This document shows, piece after piece, positions 13,333 through 23,938 of a stretch of DNA of 64,000 bases. This DNA comes from Eledone cirrhosa. Lineage: Eukaryota. The translations under genes were made by a program, and so were the position numbers. Where the stretch lies: the NCBI GenBank assembly GCA_964016885.1, contig OZ024743.1, forward strand, positions 227,602,001 to 227,666,000, written 5' to 3'. The number at the start of each line of letters is the position of its first letter. Position 1 is the first letter of the stretch. The notes beneath the pieces were generated by a model. The model did no database searches. It had not been told where the DNA came from and saw nothing but the letters and a program-made list of their open reading frames with translations.

Positions 13333-13556
13333 GAAATTAGAAAATAGAATAGCTTTCACCGTATTTTTTTACTAAAGAAATTTTAGTCTGATAATGGGGT
13401 TTAGAACCCTCAGATAAATGGAAAAAAATGAGTATTGACGTACATGTACGTCAATACTCATTTTTTTCTATTTATGTGAGGGTTCTAAACCCCATTATCA
13501 GACTAAAATTTCTTTAGTAAAAAAATACGGTGAAAGCTATTCTATTTTCTAATTTC
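13333..13556. repeat. Near-perfect spacerless palindrome (112-bp arms)
   Basis: Centre TACA|TGTA at 13444/13445; arms match apart from about 2 mismatches. Decayed hammerhead-like CTGATAA-TGGGGTT-TAG-AACCC-TCAGATAA at about 13388-13417. Confidence 0.9.
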
Positions 13557-14246
13557 TTTAATAAAAAAATACGATGAAATATATATATATGATATTCAAG
13601 ACACATTTTTCTCCTTGCACACCCAAGTTTCCTCAATTCCTTTATCTTTTTGAATTGTCTCTAGCAGCGTTTCTCTGAGCACTATATTAGCAAAGACAAG
13701 CTTTTCAAACATCAATGATTGTATAGTGACATATCGGATTAAGTCCGAAGCAACAAATTATATGTGTGTGTGTGAACTCTTAATTCGTAATCGACCCTAT
13801 AGTTTGTGTTAGTATTTCATTTGATATATACAGAATATATACGATTCTTTGTCAGTTTGGACTCTACCTCAAATTCCCTTTACTAAAATTCATACTTTGG
13901 GATTTGAATTTCTTACCCAGGGAAGCCATGTTTGCGAACTCTTGAGCTAGGCTAAATATTACTAAAGATTGGGCTGCAATATGGCTGCAGTCCAATGGCT
14001 GAAACCAGTATGAATGGCTAATATAAAACATAGTTCTTGGATTTATATGAAGAAAGAAAGAAAATACAGTAGAAAAAAAAGTTTGTTGGCAGCAGCTGGA
14101 TAAAATAAAATAGAAATCATGGCGGAGATGGTGTGATTTTGAGGTAGAAGAAAGGAGAAAAATTAACAGCAATGAAACAAAAAACCAGGACAATCTATAA
14201 GACAGAGTAATTTTATATATATATATATATATAATTAGTATCAGTA

Positions 14247-14364
<118 letters not shown>

Positions 14365-14803
14365 ATGAGAGGTGGAGGAAAATGTGTACAATGAAGTCAG
14401 CTGAGAATCATGTTGAACTCAACAATGTTAGGAAGATAATCCTAATATAATAGTAGGTCATTATATCTAGCTAGCAGACAAACAAGCTGTTTCGCTGTAA
14501 GTCAAGGAAATTGTGTCCGTATTGTTGAAAACGAGGCTTCAAAAATAACACCGATCTCTCTACTTTCATTATCGCAGATTACTAACAAGAGGTTTCAGAT
14601 TGATTTCGTATGTTTCTCTGAGAGGCGTGTATGCAAGTGTATCTCGATGTTGTATGTGGATCTAGTGTGTATATATATATGTATATATGTATGTGTGTGT
14701 GTCTAGCTAATAAAATTTATGAATGTATGTGTGTATACTTTTTGCTGCATTTTGTATTACACAAACACATACTCACTCACACAGACACACATACGCGCGC
14801 GCG

Positions 14804-14982
14804 TACATATACATATATATATACATATATATATACATATATATATACATATATATATACATATATATATACATATATATATACATATATATATACATAT
14901 ATATATACATATATATATACATATATATATATACATATATATATACATATATATATACATATATATATACATATATATATAC

Positions 14983-15013
<31 letters not shown>
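14804..15013. repeat. Higher-order AT microsatellite, (ACATATATATAT)n
   Basis: 12-bp periodic unit read directly. Confidence 0.9.
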
Positions 15014-15016
<3 letters not shown>

Positions 15017-15529
15017 GTGTGTTTGTATGCATGTATGTATGTATGTATGAATTACTTGTTGTTTATAGTATATTTTTGATTCAGGAATGTTAAAGCAATG
15101 TTATTCCATTTCTTTGTAATTTCTCTTTTCCTTTCGCCATTTCAAGTATAGCAACGATGATGCCAAGGTAAAAAAAGAACAATCAGATTAGGCGCCTATC
15201 GAACGTCTTATCTTTTCGTAGCTCGACTTTTTGACCGACTAACGTCGTAGGTTAAGCGCAGACCAAGTTTGGGAGCCAGACATCTAGAAGGTTACCAGTA
15301 CACAGGGCACTCACGGCACTTTACACGCTAGACAAGACGGTTGGACGCTAGAAAACAACACATTCTATAGAGGTGTATTGAAAGATATGAGAGACGATGA
15401 TCTACGGGTGACGTTGAGCATCGATGAGGAATTCCTGCGTAGGCTTTTCTTGGTGACCTTTCGATCGGGGATTCGAGCATTTCTAAATATCTATGGTATG
15501 CTGTGTTACAGAGGAACACTGCTAGTTCG

Positions 15530-15930
15530 AGATTATCTCTAGCATGCCTAAACATGATATGGAAGATTCTCACTGGGATACTTACGGGAAAGACATATGC
15601 TTTTCTGTCACAGAATTGGATGCTACCAAGGGTACAAAAAGAATGTAGCAAGAAGTCCCAGGGTACCAAAGATCACCTGGTTATTGATAAGACAGTTTTG
15701 AGGGATTGTAAAGAATATCACCCAAACATGTCTATGGCCTGGATTGACTTTCAGAAAGCATATGATATGGTGCCCCATTCTTGGATTGGTGAATGCCTGC
15801 AAATGATTGGTATTGCTGACAACATTACAAAGTTTATGAGTGGACAACCATCTTGCCCGGGGGCTTTCCAGTTAAGTAACTTGGCTACATGATCCTTCAA
15901 ATCGACTGTACTTATGGTAATATCCTTATT
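15530..15930 (+). mobile_element. R4/Dong-like non-LTR RT fragment with an inverted upstream piece
   Basis: + strand LACLNMIWKILTG..QKEC..GTKDHLVIDK..MAWIDFQKAYDMVPHSWI (to about 15840). Minus strand NWKAPGQDG (RT domain 0) at about 15845-15930. Confidence 0.75.
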
Positions 15931-15987
15931 ATTATTGTTATTATTGATTAGCAGTATCAGTAGAGCCATGCTTAGCAGCATAGATTT

Positions 15988-16420
15988 ATGGGCGGTGTAT
16001 TAGCAGTATTGGTAGAGTGTCAGACACACTGCTTTGTGGCAGAGAGTTATGGCACTTTACCTTCTGAGTTCAAATCCCTACGAGGTTAGCTTTGCCTTCC
16101 ATCCTTACGAGATCGATAAAATAAAGCACCAGTAATGCACTGGTGTCGATTTAATCGACTTTCCCCTCCTCCAAAATTGCTGGCCTTGTGCCTACAGTAG
16201 AAATCATTATTATCACTAGATTTATAGAGCGGTGGACTGGCAGCATCGGTAGAGGGTCGGCCGTCATGTTTTCAGCACAGTTACGTCCCTTTACGGACTC
16301 AGTTCAAATCTCGCCGAGGTTAACTTTGCCTTTATCCTTACGGGGTCGATAAAATAAAGAACCAGTAATACACTGGCATAATTGCTGGCCTTGTGCCAAA
16401 AGTAGAAACAATTATTATCA
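15988..16420 (+). mobile_element. Two tandem tRNA-derived SINE copies (about 15988-16215, 16225-16420)
   Basis: GGCGGTG..TGGCAG head, GAGTTCAAAT B-box, GCCTTTCATCCTTACGGGGTCGATAAAATAAAGTACCAG-like core, ATT tail. Confidence 0.85.
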
Positions 16421-16614
16421 CTAGATTTCTAAATGAGGAAGCAGAGTAATAGATTATGAAAATAAATAGAAATAATAAAATGTAGGACATGTCAATAATG
16501 TGTTTTATTTTATGATTGACTTTTTCTTATTGTCTTCTTTTTCTTATTGTTTTCTTTTTCTTATTGTTTTCTTATTGCCTTAGGTTAAGTCGAGGGGAAA
16601 CAGTAGCGATATGG

Positions 16615-16730
16615 AATGGTTAGTAATGCTAATGGTTAGTAATGCTAATGGTTAGTAATGCTAATGGTTAGTAATGCTAATGGTTAGTAATGCTAATGGT
16701 TAGTAATGCTAATGGTTAGTAATGCTAATG
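16615..16730. repeat. 16-bp minisatellite (AATGGTTAGTAATGCT) about 7 copies
   Basis: Exact tandem units read directly. Confidence 0.95.
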
Positions 16731-16766
16731 GGGCAGTTGTGTGGTTCTTATTATTGTTATTGTAAT

Positions 16767-16962
16767 GGCGGTGGATTGGCAGTATCGGTAGATGGTCGGA
16801 CGCCATGGTTGACGCATAGATTTACGGCCCTTGCCATTCTGAGTTCAAATCCCGCCGAGGTTAACTTTGCCTTTCATCCTTATGGGGTCGATAAAATAAA
16901 GTACCAGTAATGCAATGGTGATTGCTGGCCTTGTGGCAAAAGTAGAAACAATTATTATTGTT
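16767..16962 (+). mobile_element. tRNA-derived SINE
   Basis: GGCGGTGGATTGGCAGTATCGGTAG head, B-box, central GCCTTTCATCCTTATGGGGTCGATAAAATAAAGTACCAG (resembles the Meta-SINE core from memory), ATT tail. Confidence 0.9.
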
Positions 16963-17039
16963 ATTGTTACGGTAGTGGTAATACAGTAGGAATCCACACA
17001 CAATAACACAATTATGGTGAGGAACACAGAACTATAACG

Positions 17040-17205
17040 ATGGAAATTATGGTAGTGATGATGGTAATGATGATGATGATGATGATGATGATGATGTTGT
17101 TGGTGGTGGTGGTGGTGGTGATGATGATGATGATGATGATGATGATGTTGATGATGGTGATGATGATGATGATGTTGATGATGGTGGTGATGATGATGAT
17201 GATGT

Positions 17206-17246
<41 letters not shown>

Positions 17247-17390
17247 TTGATGATGGTGATGGTGATGATGTTGTTGGTGATGATTATTATGTTTACTCCC
17301 GTGGTGCTAATGAGACTGATAATGATATTAATGGTACTGATAATGATAATGATAATGATAATAATTTATATAATGACGATGACAACGACA
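17040..17390. repeat. (ATG)/(GTG)n trinucleotide tract
   Basis: Direct reading. Confidence 0.95.
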
Positions 17391-17534
17391 AAGTTGTTTA
17401 TCAGGATTTGTGTCATATCACTAACATTATAATCAAGTACATTATCATCATTTAGTTCTTACCTGAGGCTAAACAATAACAGGAACAACACTAACAACAT
17501 CAATATTATCCTCATCACGATTACCATTTTCTCC

Positions 17535-17730
17535 ATAATAATTGTTTCTATTTTTTGGCACAAGGCCAGCAATTACCCAGTACATTACTGGTACTTTATT
17601 TTATCGACCCCGTAAGGATGAAAGGCAAAGTTAACCTCGGCGGGATTTGAACTCAGACCATAAAGCAACGTAACTCTATGCTGCAAAGCATGGCGTCCGA
17701 CTCTCTACCGATACTGCCAATCCACCTCCA
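17535..17730 (-). mobile_element. tRNA-derived SINE
   Basis: Reverse complement of the 16767 copy. Confidence 0.9.
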
Positions 17731-18394
17731 TAATAATCATCACCGTAATCACCCCGTCATCGCCATCATTTTCAACAGCAGCAATATGGACAAAGACGGG
17801 TTTCGTTCGACCTGCAAGAAGTTATAGTGAAATCACCCTCTCTGGACACCCTACTTTCCTAAAATATGATACATTGGATAATGTATGTGGTCCTTGCTAC
17901 ACTGCGATTCGTCAAACAGATGGGATTGTCATGGCTGGAGTGCCTTTGGTGATAACTTTACTCTATCAGCGTCGATTGAGGCGGAGTAAGCAATAACCAC
18001 ATCACAATCCACGCCAGAAATTGGCAGGAAGAGAATAGGTTTAATGGTAAAATAGGAATGATGGTAGTTAGAGATGTAGGGGGAGTTAGTAATACCGTAT
18101 GTTGATGCTTAGAAGGGTGCAATAAATCATGTTATACATGACATTTAGTGATCGAAAACAGGCAAAGAGGCGCCGTTTCGCCTACATGCATAAATATACA
18201 TACATATATATGTGTCACAATAAATACATACTTATACACTTATATCAATACATATACATACATGCACCCGCGCGCACACATCTACATACATATTACACCC
18301 ACAAATACATAATTATATATATACTGAACGAGTGTACATAAATCGTTCAAACATTAACTGAGCGAACATACAATACATGGGAGTAGATTATGAA

Positions 18395-18471
18395 TATATT
18401 TTCTGAAGAAAACGGTGGCAATGATTTCGAAGTTGGGGTGTGTGTCTCTTCTGATTGTGACTAAAAGTATT

Positions 18472-18568
<97 letters not shown>

Positions 18569-18880
18569 TGTGTGATGCTTAAATTTCGTGTCCGGATGTT
18601 GTGTCATCATGTATTAGCAATTGCTGTGCGAGGTTAGTATTTATATGGAAAAGCTGTATAACTCATAAAAGATTCAAATATACATTGAAACATCGTTGTT
18701 TAACTTAATGAAGCTGAATAGTAAACAAAGATGTTCTTGTTGAATCTATTTCATACTTTCTCTTCTTCAGACGTTGTATATCTATGACGACATTATCCTA
18801 TATTTTCTGAAGAAAACGGTGGCAATGATTCGAAGTTGGGGTCAATGTCTCTTAAGATTGTGACTACAAGTATTTGTTTA
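18395..18880 (+). repeat. About 85-bp direct repeat (18395-18478 / 18799-18879) with a decayed CTGAAGA..GAA motif
   Basis: TATATTTTCTGAAGAAAACGGTGGCAATGATT(T)CGAAGTTGGGG..GATTGTGACTA..AGTATTTGTTT occurs twice. Confidence 0.7.
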
Positions 18881-19671
18881 TTGCGTGTTTGTGTGTGTAT
18901 AAACCCTCACCCATTTCCCTCCACGTTTTAAAACAGTAGGTTGTGATTTGTGGGTGATTTGGGTGCTATTTATAGCAGATGGAGAATGCATATATAAGAT
19001 TTGTCTATGTCTAGTGCTGACTATTTTAATTTACACTCTATATTAGTGTAAAATTCTTACTGTGCAGTTGTCAAATTGATGCTAACATCAATATTTTTCA
19101 CTGACGCTTGTGTGAACTTAAGCATATTTTATATAGCCTTGACCTAATTTTTTTCTCATAAATCATTTGTGAAATTGGAAATTGCAACAACATCGGTAGC
19201 CACACCCTGCTAAATATACATAGGGGTATATCCTCCAAGTTTGATTTCATATTACCACTGGCCGTTTCAACAGCTAGTTTCTGACTGTTTGCCGAAGGGC
19301 TTCGCAGTTGACAGGCAGTATCATCAGGGGCCTGATTTTTTTTTCGGGTATACATTATTTATCTAATTGTAAATTTTTTTCATAGACGTGTTTTAGAGAT
19401 TTTTTTATGTTTAGGGAGTGGTTGTGTGTGTAGATATATAGCTTTATGAGTGTGTACATTTATTACACCATTAACAGAAATATATACATGCTACAGCTCA
19501 TCAACCCATCTACAAATTTTTAACGTGTTATGTCTCGAAGAATTGTGTTTAGACACTACAGTTACCTCCTAAAATTATCAAAGAATTTTTCCCAATTCAT
19601 CTCAAAATTGTTGAGCATTTGTCAGAGACGTGTCTACCTTCTGATGTATGTCAAGTCAAACTTTGGAATAC

Positions 19672-19745
<74 letters not shown>

Positions 19746-20064
19746 TGTTTCTTTTATTTGCCACAAGTATATCAAAAGTGGGACAAGTACATTGGGGGGA
19801 GTTTACAAAACAAGGCGTCCTCAATAGGGAGGAGGCAATAACAATATATAAAAATAAAATAAAATAAAACAAAAAATAGAATTATAACAAAATCCTCAAT
19901 AGAGGATTTTGTTATAAAATATAACAAAAAATAAAATTTATAACAAAATCCTCAATAGAGAGGAGGCGCCTTGGGGGGTCGCACACACCCCCGAAAAAAG
20001 TGTGCAACCCTTTTCCTCAGGAGCACGGAGAGGGGGTGCTCCCTCGTTCCTTCCTCTTTTCCAC

Positions 20065-23000
20065 CTACAGGCTTATGTAAAGAGAAGGCCCATTCACACG
20101 GGCCATTCTCGCCACTTTCACCCACCTTTCATAAAAACGACTGGGGTGCAGCACCTCTCTCTCCATCCTGATCCTTCTTCCGAAATGATATCGGAAGAAA
20201 CGGACCAGTTGTTGGCCAGAGAGAAAGGTGCCTGACCTCAGTCCTTTCAGACGCGTCCACCATACAACCTCTTTCGCCATGGCTATTACGCACAGAAACA
20301 CCGCCTCTGCTTCATCTTTGAAGGGGGGAGGCGGCTTGATCATTACAATAGACTCGGTGGTCAACCGGATCGGTCCCACCTGCGACAGCAGTTGTTCGAC
20401 ATAGCCCCACAGATCGGCTACGCCCGAGCAGTGTACCAATGCGTGTGCAACGGTTTCCTCGTCGCACACGCATCTGGGACAGATCTTTTTGGCGGGGTCC
20501 CTACCCGGGCGCCCGTGTCTGTAGAGCCTTTCTCGAACGGGTAAAGCTCCTCGGTAGCACTGCCAGGTCAGGGACTTCTGGAAGTTGTCCATAGGTCCCG
20601 GGCTGAATGTCCTACCGAACAGGTCGGCCAGTTCGTCCTCCTCCATGTCTAGGGCTTCTCCGAGGGCGTCGTCGCACCTGCTGCGTACCAGCCCTCTATA
20701 GAATGTTGCGGTGGAGTCTCCACTGATAACCGGATCCGCCTGCCAGAGGGCGGTGAGCGCCTGGGCACACTCAGTGTGCCAGGCGCCCAGTTTTCTCGGT
20801 CTTTGCTTGACCCAGGATTGCAGCTCGGTGAGTGAGACGAGTCTGGGAAAGGTTCGTCTCACAAACGAGGCCCACACCGGTTGTCCGGTGAGGAATACGT
20901 AGAGGTGCCGTAGCCTTAATGCGTGTTTACGCATCATTAGCCACGGCATCCCCAGCCCTCCTTTCGAAGGGTGTTGACAGCAGATGGATCTCCTCACCAT
21001 AGGAGCCCGCCTCTTCCAAAGGAATTGGAAGAGCGCGCGCTCCATCTTGGTGAGGGTTTCCCTTGGGCAGGGCACTACGGTCAGGCGGTAGTAGATGACG
21101 GACGCTATGTAGGTGTTCGCCACCTCCGCCCGACCTTTCAGGGATAGTTTGCAACTGGCCCACTTCTGGGTCAGTGCAAACACCCTGTTCGTAACCTCCG
21201 CCCAGTTTCTCGCCACCTGGAGGTCCGGTCCGAACCAGACCCCGAGCAACTTCACCGGGCCCTCCGTCCAGCGTCCGACGACGCCATCGGAGGGCATCGG
21301 TCTGCCCCTCCACGTGCCGAGTTGCAAACCGATCGACTTGTCCCGGTTCAGCTTAGCCCCTGTGAACTTTTCGTACTCCTCCAGTAAGGTGCCGACCGCC
21401 TCGATTTCGGAGGCCGTCGACACCATTACTGTCACGTCATCGGCGTAGGCCGACACCGCTTTCCGCAGTCCCGGTTCCAAAGGGATGCCCTGCAACAACT
21501 CCAACTTCCGAAGTAGTGGCTCGAGAGTCAACACATACAGAAGGGAGGAGAGAGGGCACCCTTGTCGGATGGACCGCGCGATTTTGAACGGCTCCGAGAG
21601 GTAGCCGTTCACCTTGACCCTAGAGCAGATGCGGCTGCTGTGCATAGCAGTGATCCAGCCCCTGAAAACGGGTCCGAAGCCTGCCGCCGCTAGCACCGCA
21701 TCCAGGTAACCATGGTCGACCCTATCGAACGCCTTAGATTGATCCAAGTTGATCAGAGCCCCACCAAAGCCGGGTTCGTTCCCAACCCTCTCTATGATGT
21801 ATCGCATGAGGTGGAGGTTGTCATGGATGGACCTGGACGGGATAGCGCATGTCTGCGCATCTCCCACCAGATTGCCCACGACAAGCGCCAACCTCTTTGC
21901 TAGCACCTTGGCCAAAATCTGTAACTCTGTATTTAGCAGAGTTATGGGCCTGAAGTTACTTATTTCGTCCCCCTTGTTCTCGTCCTCCCTCACTAGCGTG
22001 ACTACGCCCTTGGTCACAGTACAGGGAATTCTCCCGTTCTGTTGCCAGTTGCAGTAGACCGCCTCGAGGAGATCGGGGAACAAGTCCGGCATAGCTAGAT
22101 ATAATTCGTAAGGAAGACCATCGAGACCCGGGGATTTGCGTTTGCCGCATTGGCTCAGCACGTCCTCTATCTCAGCGGCCGAAATCGGCTCCTCGCAGAA
22201 CTTCGCCTCCCTGTCCGAGAGGCGCGGCAGGCCGTCGAGGTATGAACCGAAGTCCACGTTCCCAACCGGCTCCCCGCCCCTCCCGAACAGTCGGGCAAAG
22301 TGCCTTTGAAAGGCCTCACACATCTGCTTAGGCTCAAGAATCGCCCGTCCATCCAGGTCTCGCAAAGACCGGATGGTGGATTTAGTTCCACTGTTGGCCC
22401 CTGTCACGCGGGCCCAGCTAACAGCTTTGGTCCCCTCGTTCCCTAGAGCACGTATTTTACTTCGGACAACGCAGCCTTCGTGCTTCGCGTCGAAAAACTG
22501 GCTCAAAGCCGTTCTCGACGCTAGCACTCTGGCCACGTCGCCGCTTCTAATTGCCTCTTCTACTCTATCTATTAGCTCCCTTTCCTTCCTATTCCTATCC
22601 GCAGCTAGAACCTTACTAAATTCTATCGAGACTACTCTAATCTCTCTCTTTAGAGATACCCACCACCTGCTGTTGACGATCGCTCCAGTCAACCGTTCCT
22701 TAACTAACGTACTAATCCGATTCCTGTAGGCTTTACTTGCCGGCAAGGACAAGTTGAGCTTCCAGTAACCGGGGCCCTGTCTATGAGTTCTGTCAAGGTT
22801 GACCATGCAGGTCACTAATTTGTGGTCTGAATAGCCAACCATGCGCATTTTTGGACAACTTAAAAAGTCCTTATCCTTAATTCTAACTAAGAACCTATCT
22901 AGGTACGACCTAGATGATCCGCTACGATTTGCCCAAGTCCAGGTTGGCGCAGTCGGAAAATCTAGTCGATATCTATCGGCCAGGTCAAATCGACCGATTA

Positions 23001-23502
23001 ACCCTTTGACGCTATTACACCCCTCTCTATCGGGGCAGGCCCCTACGTAGTCCCAGCGTGCATCTAGGATACCATTCCAGTCCCCCACTAATAGCAAGGA
23101 GCGGGACGTCCCTAGAAGAGTCTCCAGACGATGGAAGAAGTCCGGCCGCATTGACCCGAAAGGGCCGTAGGCGGCTACCAACCTAAACGCTCCGCCTTTA
23201 CCACTGCCAAGGTCCAGAACCACTAGTCGACCCTCCGTGTCCAAATGTACCATCTGTGTTGCGAGACCCAGATGTTTTTGCAGCAGAACGACAACTCCAC
23301 CCCCACCTCCGGGCTGACAGAGAGATGCGTGCATCTCAAAGTCATCAAAGGTGGGGGCCAGCTGTCGCACGTTGCTGATCCGGGCCTCGCAAATAACCAT
23401 CACATCTATACGTTGTGACCTGAGGTCATTTAGAAGCATTGCTTGCTTCCAAGTTGAGCCCAGACCACGCGCATTTAAACAGCCTACTTTTAGCATAGCC
23501 AT
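20065..23502 (-). CDS. Intact Tx1/L1-clade ORF2 (1145 aa): APE endonuclease + reverse transcriptase + C-terminal zinc finger
   Basis: EN motifs LNARG, ICE, AAYGP, GDWN, YLDR, SDH. RT motifs [44 protein letters not shown]. Zinc finger CPRC..ETVAHALVHC. No stops; ATG in CCAACATGG context at 23502. Confidence 0.95.
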   Translation of the reverse strand: MAMLKVGCLNARGLGSTWKQAMLLNDLRSQRIDVMVICEARISNVRQLAPTFDDFEMHASLCQPGGGGGVVVLLQKHLGLATQMVHLDTEGRLVVLDLGSGKGGAFRLVAAYGPFGSMRPDFFHRLETLLGTSRSLLLVGDWNGILDARWDYVGACPDREGCNSVKGLIGRFDLADRYRLDFPTAPTWTWANRSGSSRSYLDRFLVRIKDKDFLSCPKMRMVGYSDHKLVTCMVNLDRTHRQGPGYWKLNLSLPASKAYRNRISTLVKERLTGAIVNSRWWVSLKREIRVVSIEFSKVLAADRNRKERELIDRVEEAIRSGDVARVLASRTALSQFFDAKHEGCVVRSKIRALGNEGTKAVSWARVTGANSGTKSTIRSLRDLDGRAILEPKQMCEAFQRHFARLFGRGGEPVGNVDFGSYLDGLPRLSDREAKFCEEPISAAEIEDVLSQCGKRKSPGLDGLPYELYLAMPDLFPDLLEAVYCNWQQNGRIPCTVTKGVVTLVREDENKGDEISNFRPITLLNTELQILAKVLAKRLALVVGNLVGDAQTCAIPSRSIHDNLHLMRYIIERVGNEPGFGGALINLDQSKAFDRVDHGYLDAVLAAAGFGPVFRGWITAMHSSRICSRVKVNGYLSEPFKIARSIRQGCPLSSLLYVLTLEPLLRKLELLQGIPLEPGLRKAVSAYADDVTVMVSTASEIEAVGTLLEEYEKFTGAKLNRDKSIGLQLGTWRGRPMPSDGVVGRWTEGPVKLLGVWFGPDLQVARNWAEVTNRVFALTQKWASCKLSLKGRAEVANTYIASVIYYRLTVVPCPRETLTKMERALFQFLWKRRAPMVRRSICCQHPSKGGLGMPWLMMRKHALRLRHLYVFLTGQPVWASFVRRTFPRLVSLTELQSWVKQRPRKLGAWHTECAQALTALWQADPVISGDSTATFYRGLVRSRCDDALGEALDMEEDELADLFGRTFSPGPMDNFQKSLTWQCYRGALPVRERLYRHGRPGRDPAKKICPRCVCDEETVAHALVHCSGVADLWGYVEQLLSQVGPIRLTTESIVMIKPPPPFKDEAEAVFLCVIAMAKEVVWWTRLKGLRSGTFLSGQQLVRFFRYHFGRRIRMEREVLHPSRFYERWVKVARMARVNGPSLYISL

Positions 23503-23526
23503 GTTGGTGGTGAAGAGAAAAGGCAC

Positions 23527-23938
23527 TTACCTCTCTGCGTCCCGGGTATCGGGCTGCACAATTTCCATTAGGGTGGGGGATGGGTTGTTGGGTGGGGTGG
23601 TGGTTTGTGGAAGTGTGGGGGCATCAGTGTGTTGTGTGGTTGGGGAGCTTGGAGTTGTGTGGGTGTTTCGGGAGGGGGTGGGATAGTTTTTTAGGAGGAC
23701 GCGGTTAATGGGCCCGACGCAGGGGGGACCCACGTCCTCTTTAAAATTGTTTTTTAAAGTTTTATAGGTGTCCTGTGGGGCCTTAATCATTTTGAGGTGG
23801 GGGAAATCCCCTGCCTGGGTGAAGTTAGGCCCTTGTGTTTTTATTAGATTGTTGTTGTACACAATGTTTAACAGTTTTTTGTTTCTTGTGTTTATGTATG
23901 TGTATGCATGTTTTTGTTTTTGTGTGGTGTTTTTTGTT
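23527..23938 (-). pseudogene. C-terminal part of Tx1 ORF1 (copy 3)
   Basis: HAYTYINTRNKKLL..YKTLKNNFKEDV..DAER*; homologous to other ORF1 C-termini. Confidence 0.8.

Larger units (their letters stand above)
19672..23938 (-). mobile_element. Tx1-like LINE copy 3: 5'-truncated within ORF1, intact ORF2, (TATC)n tail
   Basis: Tail 19672-19744 after AATAAAAGAAAC. The 5' junction lies in the (TATC)n tail of copy 4. Confidence 0.95.

Noticed and set aside
16615-16730. 16-bp repeat as a CRISPR array or telomeric repeat
   Set aside because: No spacers, eukaryotic context, and not TTAGGG; a plain minisatellite.
17040-17432. Poly-Met 130-aa ORF
   Set aside because: Translation of an (ATG)n microsatellite.
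20711-23686. Recurrent antisense ORFs over ORF2 (e.g. MFATSARPFRDSL.., MIRAPPKPG..)
   Set aside because: Shadow frames of GC-rich ORF2; they recur only because the element is repeated.
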